Below are positions 1-9,600 of a DNA stretch of 38,571 nt, piece by piece. The position numbers were made by a program, and so were the translations under genes. The DNA is taken from NCBI GenBank assembly GCA_016186245.1, contig JACPLZ010000024.1, forward strand, positions 17,941 through 56,511. Direction: 5' to 3'. This stretch comes from Candidatus Peregrinibacteria bacterium (GTDB taxonomy: Bacteria; Patescibacteriota; Gracilibacteria; UBA1369; LOWO2-01-FULL-3). The notes beneath the pieces are model-generated. The model was given only the letters and a program-made list of their open reading frames with translations. It was not told the origin of the DNA and made no database searches. Every line of letters begins with the position of its first letter. Position 1 is the first letter of the stretch.

Positions 1-13
1 TCCTCTCCCGTAT

Positions 14-28
14 CTTGTTTCAGGATCT
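14..28 (+). repeat. Partial TGTCA-family REP-like repeat
   Basis: CTTGTTTCAGGATCT is identical to 26854-26868 in the full palindromic repeat. Confidence 0.55.
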
Positions 29-50
29 CATATCACCTGACGAAAAAAAA

Positions 51-59
51 TGATACAAT
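51..59 (+). promoter_or_regulatory. Extended -10 promoter for pyk
   Basis: TGaTACAAT, 27 nt upstream of ATG 87. Confidence 0.5.
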
Positions 60-86
60 CCCACAAGATCGCAAACCTTCCTCCTC

Positions 87-1097
87 ATGCTCCGCAAAAC
101 AAAAATTATTTGCACTCTGGGACCGGCCTCAGATTCACTGACTGAAATTACCAGACTCATTCAGGCCGGCATGGATATCGCGCGCCTTAACATGTCTCAT
201 GGCAGCTACAAACATCATGCCAAGATGATTAAAAACATCCGCGCTGCCGAAAAAAATCTTCACAAAAAAATCCCCATTCTTCTCGATTTACAGGGGCCAA
301 AAATCCGCATCGGAAAGCTAAAAAATCCAATCAATATCAAACATGGCGAAATAATCGCGCTCGGAAATTCTGCAAAAAACAGCATCCCTGTCACCTATCC
401 GCGCCTCACAAAATATCTCAAAAAAAATGACCTTATCCGAATCAACGACGGACAATTGGAAGTAAAAGTTCTGAAAAAATCAGATCACAAATTGGTATGC
501 AAGGTTTTGACCGGAGGCACGATAAACTACGGCAATGGCCTAAACTTCCCCACAAACACAATCTCACAAAACACCATTACGTCAAAAGACAAAAAAGACC
601 TCAAATTCGGGCTTAAACAAAAAGTAAATATAATCGCTCTTTCGTTCGTCAAAGAAGCAAAAGACATCAAAAATCTCCGCAAACTGGCGCCAAAGACACC
701 AATCATCGCCAAAATTGAACGCCATGAAGCCATAAAAAATCTGGAATCAATCATTAAAGAATCCGATGGCGTGATGGTCGCGCGCGGCGATCTCGGAGCA
801 GACATCCCTCCGGAGCAGGTACCGATAATCCAGAAAAAAATCATCACCCTGGCCAACCTCATTAACAAACCGGTAATTACAGCAACCCAGGTTATGTACA
901 GTATGATCCAAAATCCAACGCCCACGCGCGCCGAAGTTTCCGATGCTGCAAATGCAGTATTTGATCACAGCGATGCAATTTTATTATCGAATGAAACATC
1001 TGTAGGAAAATATCCGTTTAAAGCCGCAAAAATTCTGAAAAAAATTATTATCGCCGCAGAAAATAGCACAGCTGACCATGAGGCAAGCTCAGGGTAA
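87..1097 (+). CDS. pyk: Pyruvate kinase, short form (A barrel and B domain, no C-terminal allosteric domain)
   Basis: Motifs KTKIICTLGPAS, ARLNMSHG, DLQGPKIR, AKIE, MVARGDLG, ATQ, PTRAEVSD, LSNET. Confidence 0.96.
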   Translation: MLRKTKIICTLGPASDSLTEITRLIQAGMDIARLNMSHGSYKHHAKMIKNIRAAEKNLHKKIPILLDLQGPKIRIGKLKNPINIKHGEIIALGNSAKNSIPVTYPRLTKYLKKNDLIRINDGQLEVKVLKKSDHKLVCKVLTGGTINYGNGLNFPTNTISQNTITSKDKKDLKFGLKQKVNIIALSFVKEAKDIKNLRKLAPKTPIIAKIERHEAIKNLESIIKESDGVMVARGDLGADIPPEQVPIIQKKIITLANLINKPVITATQVMYSMIQNPTPTRAEVSDAANAVFDHSDAILLSNETSVGKYPFKAAKILKKIIIAAENSTADHEASSG

Positions 1098-1112
1098 ACT
1101 CCGCAATGCGCG
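1058..1112 (+). repeat. Degenerate composite repeat: right half of the 108-nt element interrupted by a REP fragment
   Basis: AGAAAATAGCACAGCTGAC...GCAATGCGC resembles AGAAATAGCGCAGCTGACAAAGCAATGCGC (19892-19921); the insert CAAGCTCAGGGT is the reverse complement of ACCCTGAGCTTG (19360-19371). Confidence 0.6.
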
Positions 1113-1589
1113 ATGGATCCAGGCACCGCCACAACAGGATTCAGCATCATCGAAAACCAAAAGGGTAAAATCACTCTGCTGGATTATGGCTGCATAAAAA
1201 CAAAATCCGGCCTGCAACCGGCCATAAGACTCCAGCAGATCGCCGATGATCTGAAATATCTCCTCGCAAAATGGCAGCCGCAAAAAGCTTCCATCGAAAA
1301 AATATTTTTCAGAAAAAACATTAAGACGGCAATTGGAGTCGCCCAGGCCCGCGGCGTGCTTTTGCAAAAACTGACCGAGCAGGGCATCGAACCAAACGAA
1401 TACACACCGCTCGAAATCAAAGCTTCAATTTGCGGATATGGACGCGCAGACAAGGAAATGGTGCAAAAAATGATAAAATTAACGCTGGGATTGCAGGAAA
1501 CACCGAAACCGGACGATGCCGCCGATGCCATAGCCGCCGCAATCTGCCTTGCAAATTCATTAGCCTTAAGCCAGGCCATCCATCAATGA
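1113..1589 (+). CDS. ruvC: Holliday junction resolvase RuvC (first few N-terminal residues apparently missing)
   Basis: Motifs DPGTATTGF, IEKIFF, AQARGV, YTPLEIK, GYGRADK, PDDAADAIA. Confidence 0.93.
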   Translation: MDPGTATTGFSIIENQKGKITLLDYGCIKTKSGLQPAIRLQQIADDLKYLLAKWQPQKASIEKIFFRKNIKTAIGVAQARGVLLQKLTEQGIEPNEYTPLEIKASICGYGRADKEMVQKMIKLTLGLQETPKPDDAADAIAAAICLANSLALSQAIHQ

Positions 1590-2875
1590 ACAAATTTCTC
1601 ACAATATTATGGATAATCATAGTCGCCGGAAGCATATTTCTGGCATTCAATTTATTTGAACCGGAAAGCGGCGGAGAAAACAGGCAAATCACGGAAAATA
1701 GCGACAGTAAAAAACCTGAAATATTATCACAATCCACAACCGAGCTCCTTCAACGCGGCGAAAAAAATCTTAAAAACAATGAGCCTACGCAAGCCAAAAA
1801 AGCTTTCACCACAGCCTTAAAACGCACTCCAAACTCTACTACTCTCAAACTGGCGCTCGCCCGCGCCCATTTAAATTCCCGCGAAATTGAAGAAGCCCAA
1901 AAAATCATCTGGCAGCTCAATGATCAAAATTCCGAGGTAAAATATTACAAAGGCATCATTCTTATTCTTTACAAAGAATTGGATAAAGCCAAAAATATTT
2001 TCCAGGAATTGGCAACAACAAAACTGGCCGATAAAAGCCAAAAATTCATTGACGCTTTCACTACATTTTCCTATTACAGCGAAGCGGATCAGGAATTTCT
2101 CACCCTCCTTCTCGCAAAAGCAATGACCGACAACGGTGAATTTGCAGCCGCCATTCCAATCATTTTTGATATCCTGGTCACAAAAAACAATTATCGCGAC
2201 GCATGGATTGTGCTCGGCTACGCCTACCTGAACACCGGAAAAACCAAAGATGCAATTGATGCTTTCTCTCAAGCTGAAGCGCTTGCCGCCAACAAGCCGG
2301 AAACCCTGTTTTTTCTCGGCCTGGCGCATGCCGCAAATAATGAAATAGACAAGGCCATTAAATATATCGAAAAAGCCGACCAGGCCGGATATGAACCGAA
2401 AGATCAAATTCAGCTGAAACTCGGAGATTTATATCTGCTGAAAGATGAATTCAAAAAAGCCGCGCAGAAATACCAGGAAGTCATCGCTCTCAACCATCAA
2501 AGCATCGATATTTTTGTCCGCACAGTCTGGCTGCATATAGAAAAAACCGGAAATCTGCAGGAAGCGGCAAAAGTGGCTTTGCAGTCAATAAAATATCATC
2601 CACAAAAAGCCATGGCATACAATCTTGCAGGCTGGGCATACACCGCTCTCGGAGACTACGGCAATGCAAAAAAGAATCTTGAAAAAGCGCTTTCTCTTGA
2701 TGATAAATTTGATATCGCACATCTCAATCTTGGCTGGCTTTATGAAAAAAAAGGCAACATAAAACTCGCGCAGGAATATTACAAACGCGCCTACATCCTT
2801 GGCAAAAAAAATTCCATTGGCAAGCTCGCCGCAATCCGCTTTAATAACTTACAGATAAACGTATCCAAACCATGA
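1586..2875 (+). CDS. Membrane-anchored or secreted tetratricopeptide-repeat protein
   Basis: True start probably ATG 1586 (ATGA overlap with the ruvC stop); hydrophobic N-terminal MNKFLTILWIIIVAGSIFLAF; multiple TPR motifs (AWIVLGYAY..G...A, AYNLAGWAY..LG, AHLNLGWLY). Confidence 0.88.
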   Translation: MNKFLTILWIIIVAGSIFLAFNLFEPESGGENRQITENSDSKKPEILSQSTTELLQRGEKNLKNNEPTQAKKAFTTALKRTPNSTTLKLALARAHLNSREIEEAQKIIWQLNDQNSEVKYYKGIILILYKELDKAKNIFQELATTKLADKSQKFIDAFTTFSYYSEADQEFLTLLLAKAMTDNGEFAAAIPIIFDILVTKNNYRDAWIVLGYAYLNTGKTKDAIDAFSQAEALAANKPETLFFLGLAHAANNEIDKAIKYIEKADQAGYEPKDQIQLKLGDLYLLKDEFKKAAQKYQEVIALNHQSIDIFVRTVWLHIEKTGNLQEAAKVALQSIKYHPQKAMAYNLAGWAYTALGDYGNAKKNLEKALSLDDKFDIAHLNLGWLYEKKGNIKLAQEYYKRAYILGKKNSIGKLAAIRFNNLQINVSKP

Positions 2876-3672
2876 TTTTATTCACAGCAGCACTGGTCTT
2901 CATTTTCGGAAGCATAATCGGCAGTTTTTTGAGTGTCGTAACCTACCGGCTTGATAAAGAGGACCGCGGAATGGTTTTTGGCCGATCAATTTGCCCAAAC
3001 TGTAAACAAAAAATCAAATGGCGGCATCTTGTGCCGATTTTCAGCTGGCTTTTTTTAAGAGGAAAATGTGCAAATTGCGGAAAAAATATTTCCTTTCACT
3101 ATCTCGCTCTGGAAGTAATTACCGGAATAATTTTTGCCGTTATTTTTTTGCGTTGGAATTTTATAGATACGATCCCAATAAATGGAATCAATTGGGAAAT
3201 TTTTCAGCAATTTTTCTTTTACATAATTGAGTTCAGCTTTCTCGTCGCAATATTTTTCTATGATTTTTTGCATAAGGAAATTCCGGACAAACTTTCGCTG
3301 CCGGCAATTGTCATCGCTTTCGCCGGAGGATGGATATTTAATTCTCCGACAATTATGAACATGCTGATCGGCGGTGGCAGCATCGCAGCATTTTTTCTCC
3401 TTCAATTTTTACTTTCAAAAGGCGCATGGATCGGCGGAGGAGACATCAGACTGGGAGCTTTGATCGGAATTTTGCTTGGCTGGGAACTCGGTTTACTGGC
3501 AACCGTAATAGCCTATTTTTCAGGAGCAATCATAAGCATTCCCCTGCTTTTGCAGAAAAAACTGACAAGGAAATCCACGATTCCTTTTGGACCATTTCTC
3601 ATCTTCGGAGCAACCATAAGTCTCTTTTTTGGAACAAAAATCCTTGAGTGGTATTTTTCGACGCTGATTTAA
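2872..3672 (+). CDS. pilD: Prepilin peptidase/N-methyltransferase (A24)
   Basis: GSFLSVVTYR, RSICPNC, LRGKCANC, GGGDIRL, IPFGPFL; multiple TM segments. Confidence 0.95.
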   Translation: MILFTAALVFIFGSIIGSFLSVVTYRLDKEDRGMVFGRSICPNCKQKIKWRHLVPIFSWLFLRGKCANCGKNISFHYLALEVITGIIFAVIFLRWNFIDTIPINGINWEIFQQFFFYIIEFSFLVAIFFYDFLHKEIPDKLSLPAIVIAFAGGWIFNSPTIMNMLIGGGSIAAFFLLQFLLSKGAWIGGGDIRLGALIGILLGWELGLLATVIAYFSGAIISIPLLLQKKLTRKSTIPFGPFLIFGATISLFFGTKILEWYFSTLI

Positions 3673-3701
3673 AAACAAATTATTTACCGTGAGCCGCCCG
3701 T

Positions 3702-3751
3702 TGTCATGGTGAGCCAAGCCTGCCCTGAGCCTGCCGAAGGGAACCATGACA
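3702..3751. repeat. Nested TGTCA-family palindromic repeat overlapping the gpmA 3' end
   Basis: Inverted ends TGTCATGGT...ACCATGACA enclose GCCTGCCCTGAGCCTGCCGAAGGG; related to 19356-19379 and 38483-38507. Confidence 0.85.
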
Positions 3752-4405
3752 CTCCAAATAGTAATGCCTCACCGGCTTCAAATTCTCATCCAATTCATAA
3801 ACAAGCGGCACACCGGTCGGAATATTCAATTCAGGAATTTTCTCATCCGAAATATTATCCAGATATTTCACCAGAGCCCGCAAACTGTTGCCATGAGCCG
3901 AAATCAACACACGCTTTCCAGCCTGAAGCGCCGGCGCAATTTCCTCCTCCCAATACGGCAAAAATCTCTCCACAGTATCTTTCAGAGACTCCACCGGCGG
4001 CTCCCCTTCACGATACCGTGAATCATCTTTGGTCAAAGCCGGCGGCCTCACATCATAACTGCGCCGCCAAATATGCACCTGCCCATCGCCATATTTCAAA
4101 GCAGTTTCAGCCTTATTTAAGCCCTGCAAAGCACCATAATGTCTTTCATTGAGCCGCCATGATTTATGTACAGGAATTTCCGAATGCCCCATTTCCTTCA
4201 AAACAATTTCCATTGTCCGCACCGCCCTTTTCAACACCGAAGTAAACACAACATCAAAAACAAAACCCGCCTTTTTCAAAAGCCGCCCCGCAGTAATCGC
4301 CTCCTGCTCCCCTTTCTCGCTCAAATCCACATCCGTCCATCCTGTAAAACGGTTCTCCTTATTCCATAAACTTTCCCCATGCCTCAATAAAACAAGCTTA
4401 ATCAT
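3704..4405 (-). CDS. gpmA: 2,3-bisphosphoglycerate-dependent phosphoglycerate mutase
   Basis: Motifs [42 protein letters not shown]; start reassigned to ATG 4405. Confidence 0.96.
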   Translation of the reverse strand: MIKLVLLRHGESLWNKENRFTGWTDVDLSEKGEQEAITAGRLLKKAGFVFDVVFTSVLKRAVRTMEIVLKEMGHSEIPVHKSWRLNERHYGALQGLNKAETALKYGDGQVHIWRRSYDVRPPALTKDDSRYREGEPPVESLKDTVERFLPYWEEEIAPALQAGKRVLISAHGNSLRALVKYLDNISDEKIPELNIPTGVPLVYELDENLKPVRHYYLECHGSLRQAQGRLGSP

Positions 4406-4412
4406 CAAAGTT

Positions 4413-4474
4413 ACTATAAAGGAACCTATGAAAAACTTCCAACCTACTGCAATTTTCCCATTTTCTGATACAAT
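4413..4474. promoter_or_regulatory. Divergent -10 boxes for gpmA (minus) and manC (plus), leaderless spacing
   Basis: TATAGT on the minus strand at 4413-4418 is 7 nt from the gpmA ATG; TGaTACAAT at 4466-4474 is 7 nt from the manC ATG. Confidence 0.6.
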
Positions 4475-4481
4475 CCCCCAC

Positions 4482-5483
4482 ATGAAAGCAGTAATCCTGG
4501 CTGGAGGAGGCGGTACAAGACTTTGGCCGCTTTCCACTCCGGAAAAACCAAAACAGTTTCAGAAACTGGTCGGAGACAAAACCATGCTAGAGCAGACCAT
4601 TGACCGGCTCGACTTCCTAAAGCCCGCAGACATTTATCTCGCCATCAATCGGCAGCACATAAACCTTGTCAAAAAACTTTGCCCAAAAATTCCTTCAAAG
4701 AACTTTATCATCGAACCTGCATTGCGCGATACAGCATCTTGTATCGGGCTTGCCGCAGCCATAATCCAAAAAAACACTCCCGATGAAATAATGGCCGTAA
4801 TTTACGCCGACCACCTCATTCAAAATAAAAAAGAATTCCAGACAAAATTGCAAAAAGCCGAAAAAATCGCCAGACAACATGACACCCTCAACATTGTTGA
4901 GGTCGAAGCCAAAGAACCAAACACCCACTACGGCTACATAAAACTCGGCAAACAGATTGATCAGGACACCTATCACCTCGGCAGCTTCAAGGAAAAACCC
5001 GATCTCAAAACCGCCAAAAAATTCCTAAAATCTGGAAATTATCTCTGGAACACGGGAATTTATGTATGGAAAGCCTCCACTCTCTTAAAATATTATCAGA
5101 AATTCCAGCCGAAAAGTTTTGATATTTTTCAGAAAATAATAAAAACCGGCGATTTCACTCCATATAAAAATCTCGAAAAAATCTCCATCGACTATGCAAT
5201 CATGGAAAAAATAGACACCAAAAACGTCCGCATAATAAAAGCAAATCTCGGCTGGTCGGATATCGGCAACTGGGAAGCAGTCTGGAAAGAATTCGCCAAA
5301 AAACCAACCGACAACATCACCCGCGGCCCGGTAAAACTCCTAGATTGCAGCGGATGTCTTGTCTATGCCGACAATAACAAAGAACTTCGCGCAATCGGCC
5401 TCAAAGACATGGCCATCATAGACACGCCAAAAGGCCTGCTGGTCTGCAAAAAAGACAAGAGCAGGAAGGTAAAAGACTTGTGA
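4482..5483 (+). CDS. manC: Mannose-1-phosphate guanylyltransferase (monofunctional, no PMI domain)
   Basis: [56 protein letters not shown]. Confidence 0.93.
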   Translation: MKAVILAGGGGTRLWPLSTPEKPKQFQKLVGDKTMLEQTIDRLDFLKPADIYLAINRQHINLVKKLCPKIPSKNFIIEPALRDTASCIGLAAAIIQKNTPDEIMAVIYADHLIQNKKEFQTKLQKAEKIARQHDTLNIVEVEAKEPNTHYGYIKLGKQIDQDTYHLGSFKEKPDLKTAKKFLKSGNYLWNTGIYVWKASTLLKYYQKFQPKSFDIFQKIIKTGDFTPYKNLEKISIDYAIMEKIDTKNVRIIKANLGWSDIGNWEAVWKEFAKKPTDNITRGPVKLLDCSGCLVYADNNKELRAIGLKDMAIIDTPKGLLVCKKDKSRKVKDL

Positions 5484-5532
5484 ACAGAAGCGACAAAATG
5501 ATATAATGAGGTGTCAAACATATAAGCATAGT

Positions 5533-6180
5533 ATGCCGGAAACACCTCCCGAAAACCTGGAAGTCGACACGGAAAAACATCGCAAAATAGTCGATAGGCT
5601 TAAACGTAAACAATCTCCAAAAAAACAACCGGTCAAGCCCGGACAAATCGACCCGCCGGCAGTCAAAACATCAATACACGCAAAAATAGTAAATACGCTT
5701 ACGGCAGCGCGGGAGCTCCACGTTCCTGCAGAAACAGATTTTTTGTCCGCAAAACGCAAAATAATTGCACATTTGAAAGATATCGAAGACAGGACATCGG
5801 ATGTACAGGGAATCCTCCATGAAACAAGCACAATTGCTTTCGGCCCATCGCTCGATTTAGTGTATTCCGACAATCCAAGAGATATCGAAATAGGAATTCG
5901 TTATCTGACAGAAGCACTGCATCAAATAGGCCAACTATTTGAATTGGAAAATATAAAATCTGAAATAGTCAAAGAAATATTCTTCAGTATCAAAACGTTT
6001 CTCAACGAAATCATAGATGCCTGGATAGAGAATGAACCAACGAAAAACGTAAATAGATTTCATGTTAGCATCCTGACAACCTACGAACAGCTAAGCTCTT
6101 TTCTCAAAGGTTTAAGGCTTGGCTACGAACTCCAGGAATCTCCCAACCCGGACACCGGCGAATATCCTCCACTTTCCTAA
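5533..6180 (+). CDS. Hypothetical protein
   Basis: Open frame; ATG 5533 lies downstream of TGaTATAAT (5499-5507); no recognisable motif. Confidence 0.6.
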   Translation: MPETPPENLEVDTEKHRKIVDRLKRKQSPKKQPVKPGQIDPPAVKTSIHAKIVNTLTAARELHVPAETDFLSAKRKIIAHLKDIEDRTSDVQGILHETSTIAFGPSLDLVYSDNPRDIEIGIRYLTEALHQIGQLFELENIKSEIVKEIFFSIKTFLNEIIDAWIENEPTKNVNRFHVSILTTYEQLSSFLKGLRLGYELQESPNPDTGEYPPLS

Positions 6181-6210
6181 AAACAGTTTTTCGAGTATAT
6201 TGCGCGGGAC

Positions 6211-6618
6211 ATGAATCACGACAAACCCGTCGAAATAAAACTCAAACCCTGGGGAAAAGAAATCTGGTTTGCCAATAACGACAAATACGCCGGTAAAATT
6301 CTTCATATCCTCGGAGGCCACCGCTACAGCCTCCAGTTTCATGAAAAAAAACAGGAAACCCAATATATTTACAGCGGCAAAGTCAAACTTACTTACGGCA
6401 CAGACCAAAACAACCTGCAAGAGAAAATTTTAAACAAAGGTGACAAAATAGACGTCCATCCATATACTATCCACCGCCTCGAAGCCATTGAGGACAGTGA
6501 AGTGTTTGAAGTATCAACCCCCGAGCTCGACGACGTGGTAAAACTGGCCGACGATTACGGCCGCAGCGGCAAGGGCAATGACCACGCTTTGGACTCCAAT
6601 TTACATAAGAATCTCTGA
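6211..6618 (+). CDS. Cupin-domain protein (type II phosphomannose isomerase-like)
   Basis: KPWG.E, SLQFHEKKQET, IHRLEA, EVSTPELDDVV.L.DDYGR. Confidence 0.85.
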   Translation: MNHDKPVEIKLKPWGKEIWFANNDKYAGKILHILGGHRYSLQFHEKKQETQYIYSGKVKLTYGTDQNNLQEKILNKGDKIDVHPYTIHRLEAIEDSEVFEVSTPELDDVVKLADDYGRSGKGNDHALDSNLHKNL

Positions 6619-6637
6619 AAAACTATTAACCAATAAT

Positions 6638-9600
6638 ATGAAAAAATTCTTCAACTGGAAAACCATCGTTATTATCGTTTTTGCTCTCATACTAGGCTTT
6701 TTGGATCTTCCCGGAGAAACCCAGAAAAAAATCCTGCCATTTGTTCCAAAAGCAATCACAGAAACCAAATTTCAGCTTGGACTCGATCTGCAGGGCGGAG
6801 CACAGCTCGACTACAAAATCGATCTCAGAAAAGTGCCGGAAAATGACCGCGACAGCATCATCGATGGCGTACAGCAGGTTATCGAAAAACGGGTAAATCG
6901 TCTCGGAGTTGCCGAACCAAATATTTACCGGTCAGACCTGGCAGGTGAAGTGCATATCATTGTAGAGCTGGCCGAAAATGCCAATATTACCCAGGAAGAT
7001 ATCGATGAATATCTCGGTGAAAACAAAAATGTTTCAGAATTAAGCGACGACGAAAAAAAACGCGTCAGTCTGGAAAAAGCCAAAGCATTGGTTGGCAAAA
7101 CCATCCAGCTTGAATTCAAAGAAAAAAAAGAAGATACCACTCCCGATCCGGAAGAGGAAAAAAAGATCCGTTCACAGGCGGAAAAAACACTCAAAAGAAT
7201 CACCAATGGCACCGATTTTGCAATAGCGGGACAGGAAGAAACACAGGCTTATCCTGGGAAAGTCAGATATGGAAAATCTGATTACACTTTTGAAAGCAAT
7301 TTGCCGGACAACGTTAAAAACACCCTGAAAGAATTACAACCCGGAGAAACACATGACGAGATTATTTCCACGGAAGGAAGCTATACGGTCGATCCCCAGA
7401 CTGGCACACTGGTTGAAGACAAAGGGATAGCAATCATAAAACTTGTAGAATCAAAAGAAGAGACAAAGATTAAAAAAGAAGTGGATGCCAGCCACATTTT
7501 GATCGCCTACAAAGGCGCTGAAGGAGCTGCGGAAAGCGTAACCCGCAGTGAAAACGAAGCCGAAGATATCGCAAAAGACATCAAAAAACGTCTCGATGGC
7601 GGCGAGAGCTTTGCCGATTTGGCAAAAACATATTCCGATGATGCGAGCAATAAAGACAAGGGAGGCATACTCGATGCGCCGGTCAATGATACAGACAACG
7701 CATACGTTTTTGATTTTGAAAAAGCTGCGTTGGAGCTGGAAGAAAACGAGCTAAGCGGACCGGTCAAAACCCAATTCGGTTTTCATATTATCAAGGCAAC
7801 TAAAATCCGCACGGATATTAAGGAAAAACAATACATATATGAAAGTATCAGCTATTCCACCGCACCGGACCCCTGGAAAGAAACCGGCCTCACAGGAGAA
7901 CACTTTGTACATGCAGATGTCCAGTTAAGTCCATCGTTTGTGCCGTATGTAAGCATCCAATTTAATGAGGAAGGAGCAAGATTATTTGAGGAGATTACAG
8001 CAAGAAACATCAAGAAACCGGTGGCAATTTTTGTGGGAGGCGAGCTGATTTCCTGGCCAGAGGTAAAAGAAAAAATTGCAGGCGGCAATGCGCAGATATC
8101 GGGAGGTCAGGGAGGTTTTACAAATGAAGAAGCCCAGCAGCTTGCCCGCGATCTCAATACCGGAGCAATACCCGCGCCAATAGTCCTCACAGGTGAATAC
8201 ACCATTGGAGCTACGCTCGGACAGGAAGCCCTGGATAAAAGCCTTAAAGCAGGCGCAATCGGCCTCCTCATAGTCATGGTATTCATGATCATTTATTATA
8301 GAATTCCAGGAATCATCGCGAGCATCTCCCTGCTGGTTTACGGTGTCATTCTGCTTTTCCTGCTCAAAGCACAGCTGCATCTTGGCATAGCCCTTCTACT
8401 CGCGCTTATAATTCTCGGCTTCCTGGTGGTAAAAATCGTAAACAATCGGGACTCCGGTTGGGAAAAATTCCTCTCATTCATCCTCGCCTGTTTTGGATTT
8501 TTCTTTATTACCTTCCTTCTAAAAACCGGCGTAGTGCTCACTGTCGCAGGCATTTCCGGCATTATCATGTCTTTGGGAATGGCTGTCGATGCCAATATTT
8601 TGATTTTTGAAAGAGTGAAGGAAGAACTAAGAGAAGGCCACAAACTCGACGCAGCAATCCAAAATGGCTTTCATCAAGCTTGGAGCGCCATCCGTGATTC
8701 CAATTTTTCCACTCTCCTTACCTGCGCAATATTGTTTTATTTTGGCAGTTCCATCATTCGCGGCTTCGCTTTCAACCTTGCAGCGGGTATCCTAGTTTCC
8801 ATGTTCACCGCCATCACAATCACCAGAACACTGCTCCACAGATTTGTTGGCACAAAAATAGGAGAAAGCAAAAAAGCCATGGGCATCATCAGCGACAAAG
8901 AAAAAACAACAATAAAATTTACAAAAAACAGCAAACCGTGGTTCACATTGTCCGGCATACTTGTCGGAGCTTCCATCGTTGCAATGATAGTATTCGGATT
9001 GAATCTCGGCATAGATTTCAAAGGAGGAACACTGCTTGAGTATAAGTTTTCCGAAGCGGTAACCAAAGAAACGCTGGCCGGCGCTTTTGCCGATATAGGT
9101 AAAGAACTTAACGAAGAAGCTGCGCCGTCTGAATCTTCTTCCAAAACCACATTGGAAACAGACAGTTCGACAAAAATAGATTTTGAGAAAATCCAGATTC
9201 TCGAAGCTGGAGAAAACAGCTACATTATCAAAACAAAATATCTCACATCGGAACAGCACGACAAAGTAATCGAACAAATGGAAGCAAAACTCCCAAAATT
9301 CACCGAATCGCGTTTTACAACCACTGGGCCGACTATCGGAAAAACGCTGCTCCACAAAGCATCGATTGCAATTATTTTTGCTATCGTCATGATGGTAATT
9401 TATGTATCACTGGCCTTTAGAAAAATTCCAAAAGAAGTAAATCCATGGCGCTTCGGAGTCTGCGCAATCGCAGCGCTGATTCATGACGTGCTGATAGTAA
9501 CAGGAATATTTGTTGTCCTAAGCCAATTTTTAAATGTGGAAATAGACGCGCTGTTTATCACAGCGATGCTTACCGTCTTCGGTTACTCCGTCAATGACAC

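Noticed and set aside
1430..1585. N-terminal extension of the TPR ORF (481 aa)
   Set aside because: It overlaps ruvC; ATG 1586 gives a proper signal/anchor and an ATGA overlap.
4149..4537. Long overlapping N-terminal extensions of the gpmA and manC ORFs
   Set aside because: Family motifs begin at 4405 and 4482, each with a correctly placed -10 box; the extensions are alternative-start artefacts.
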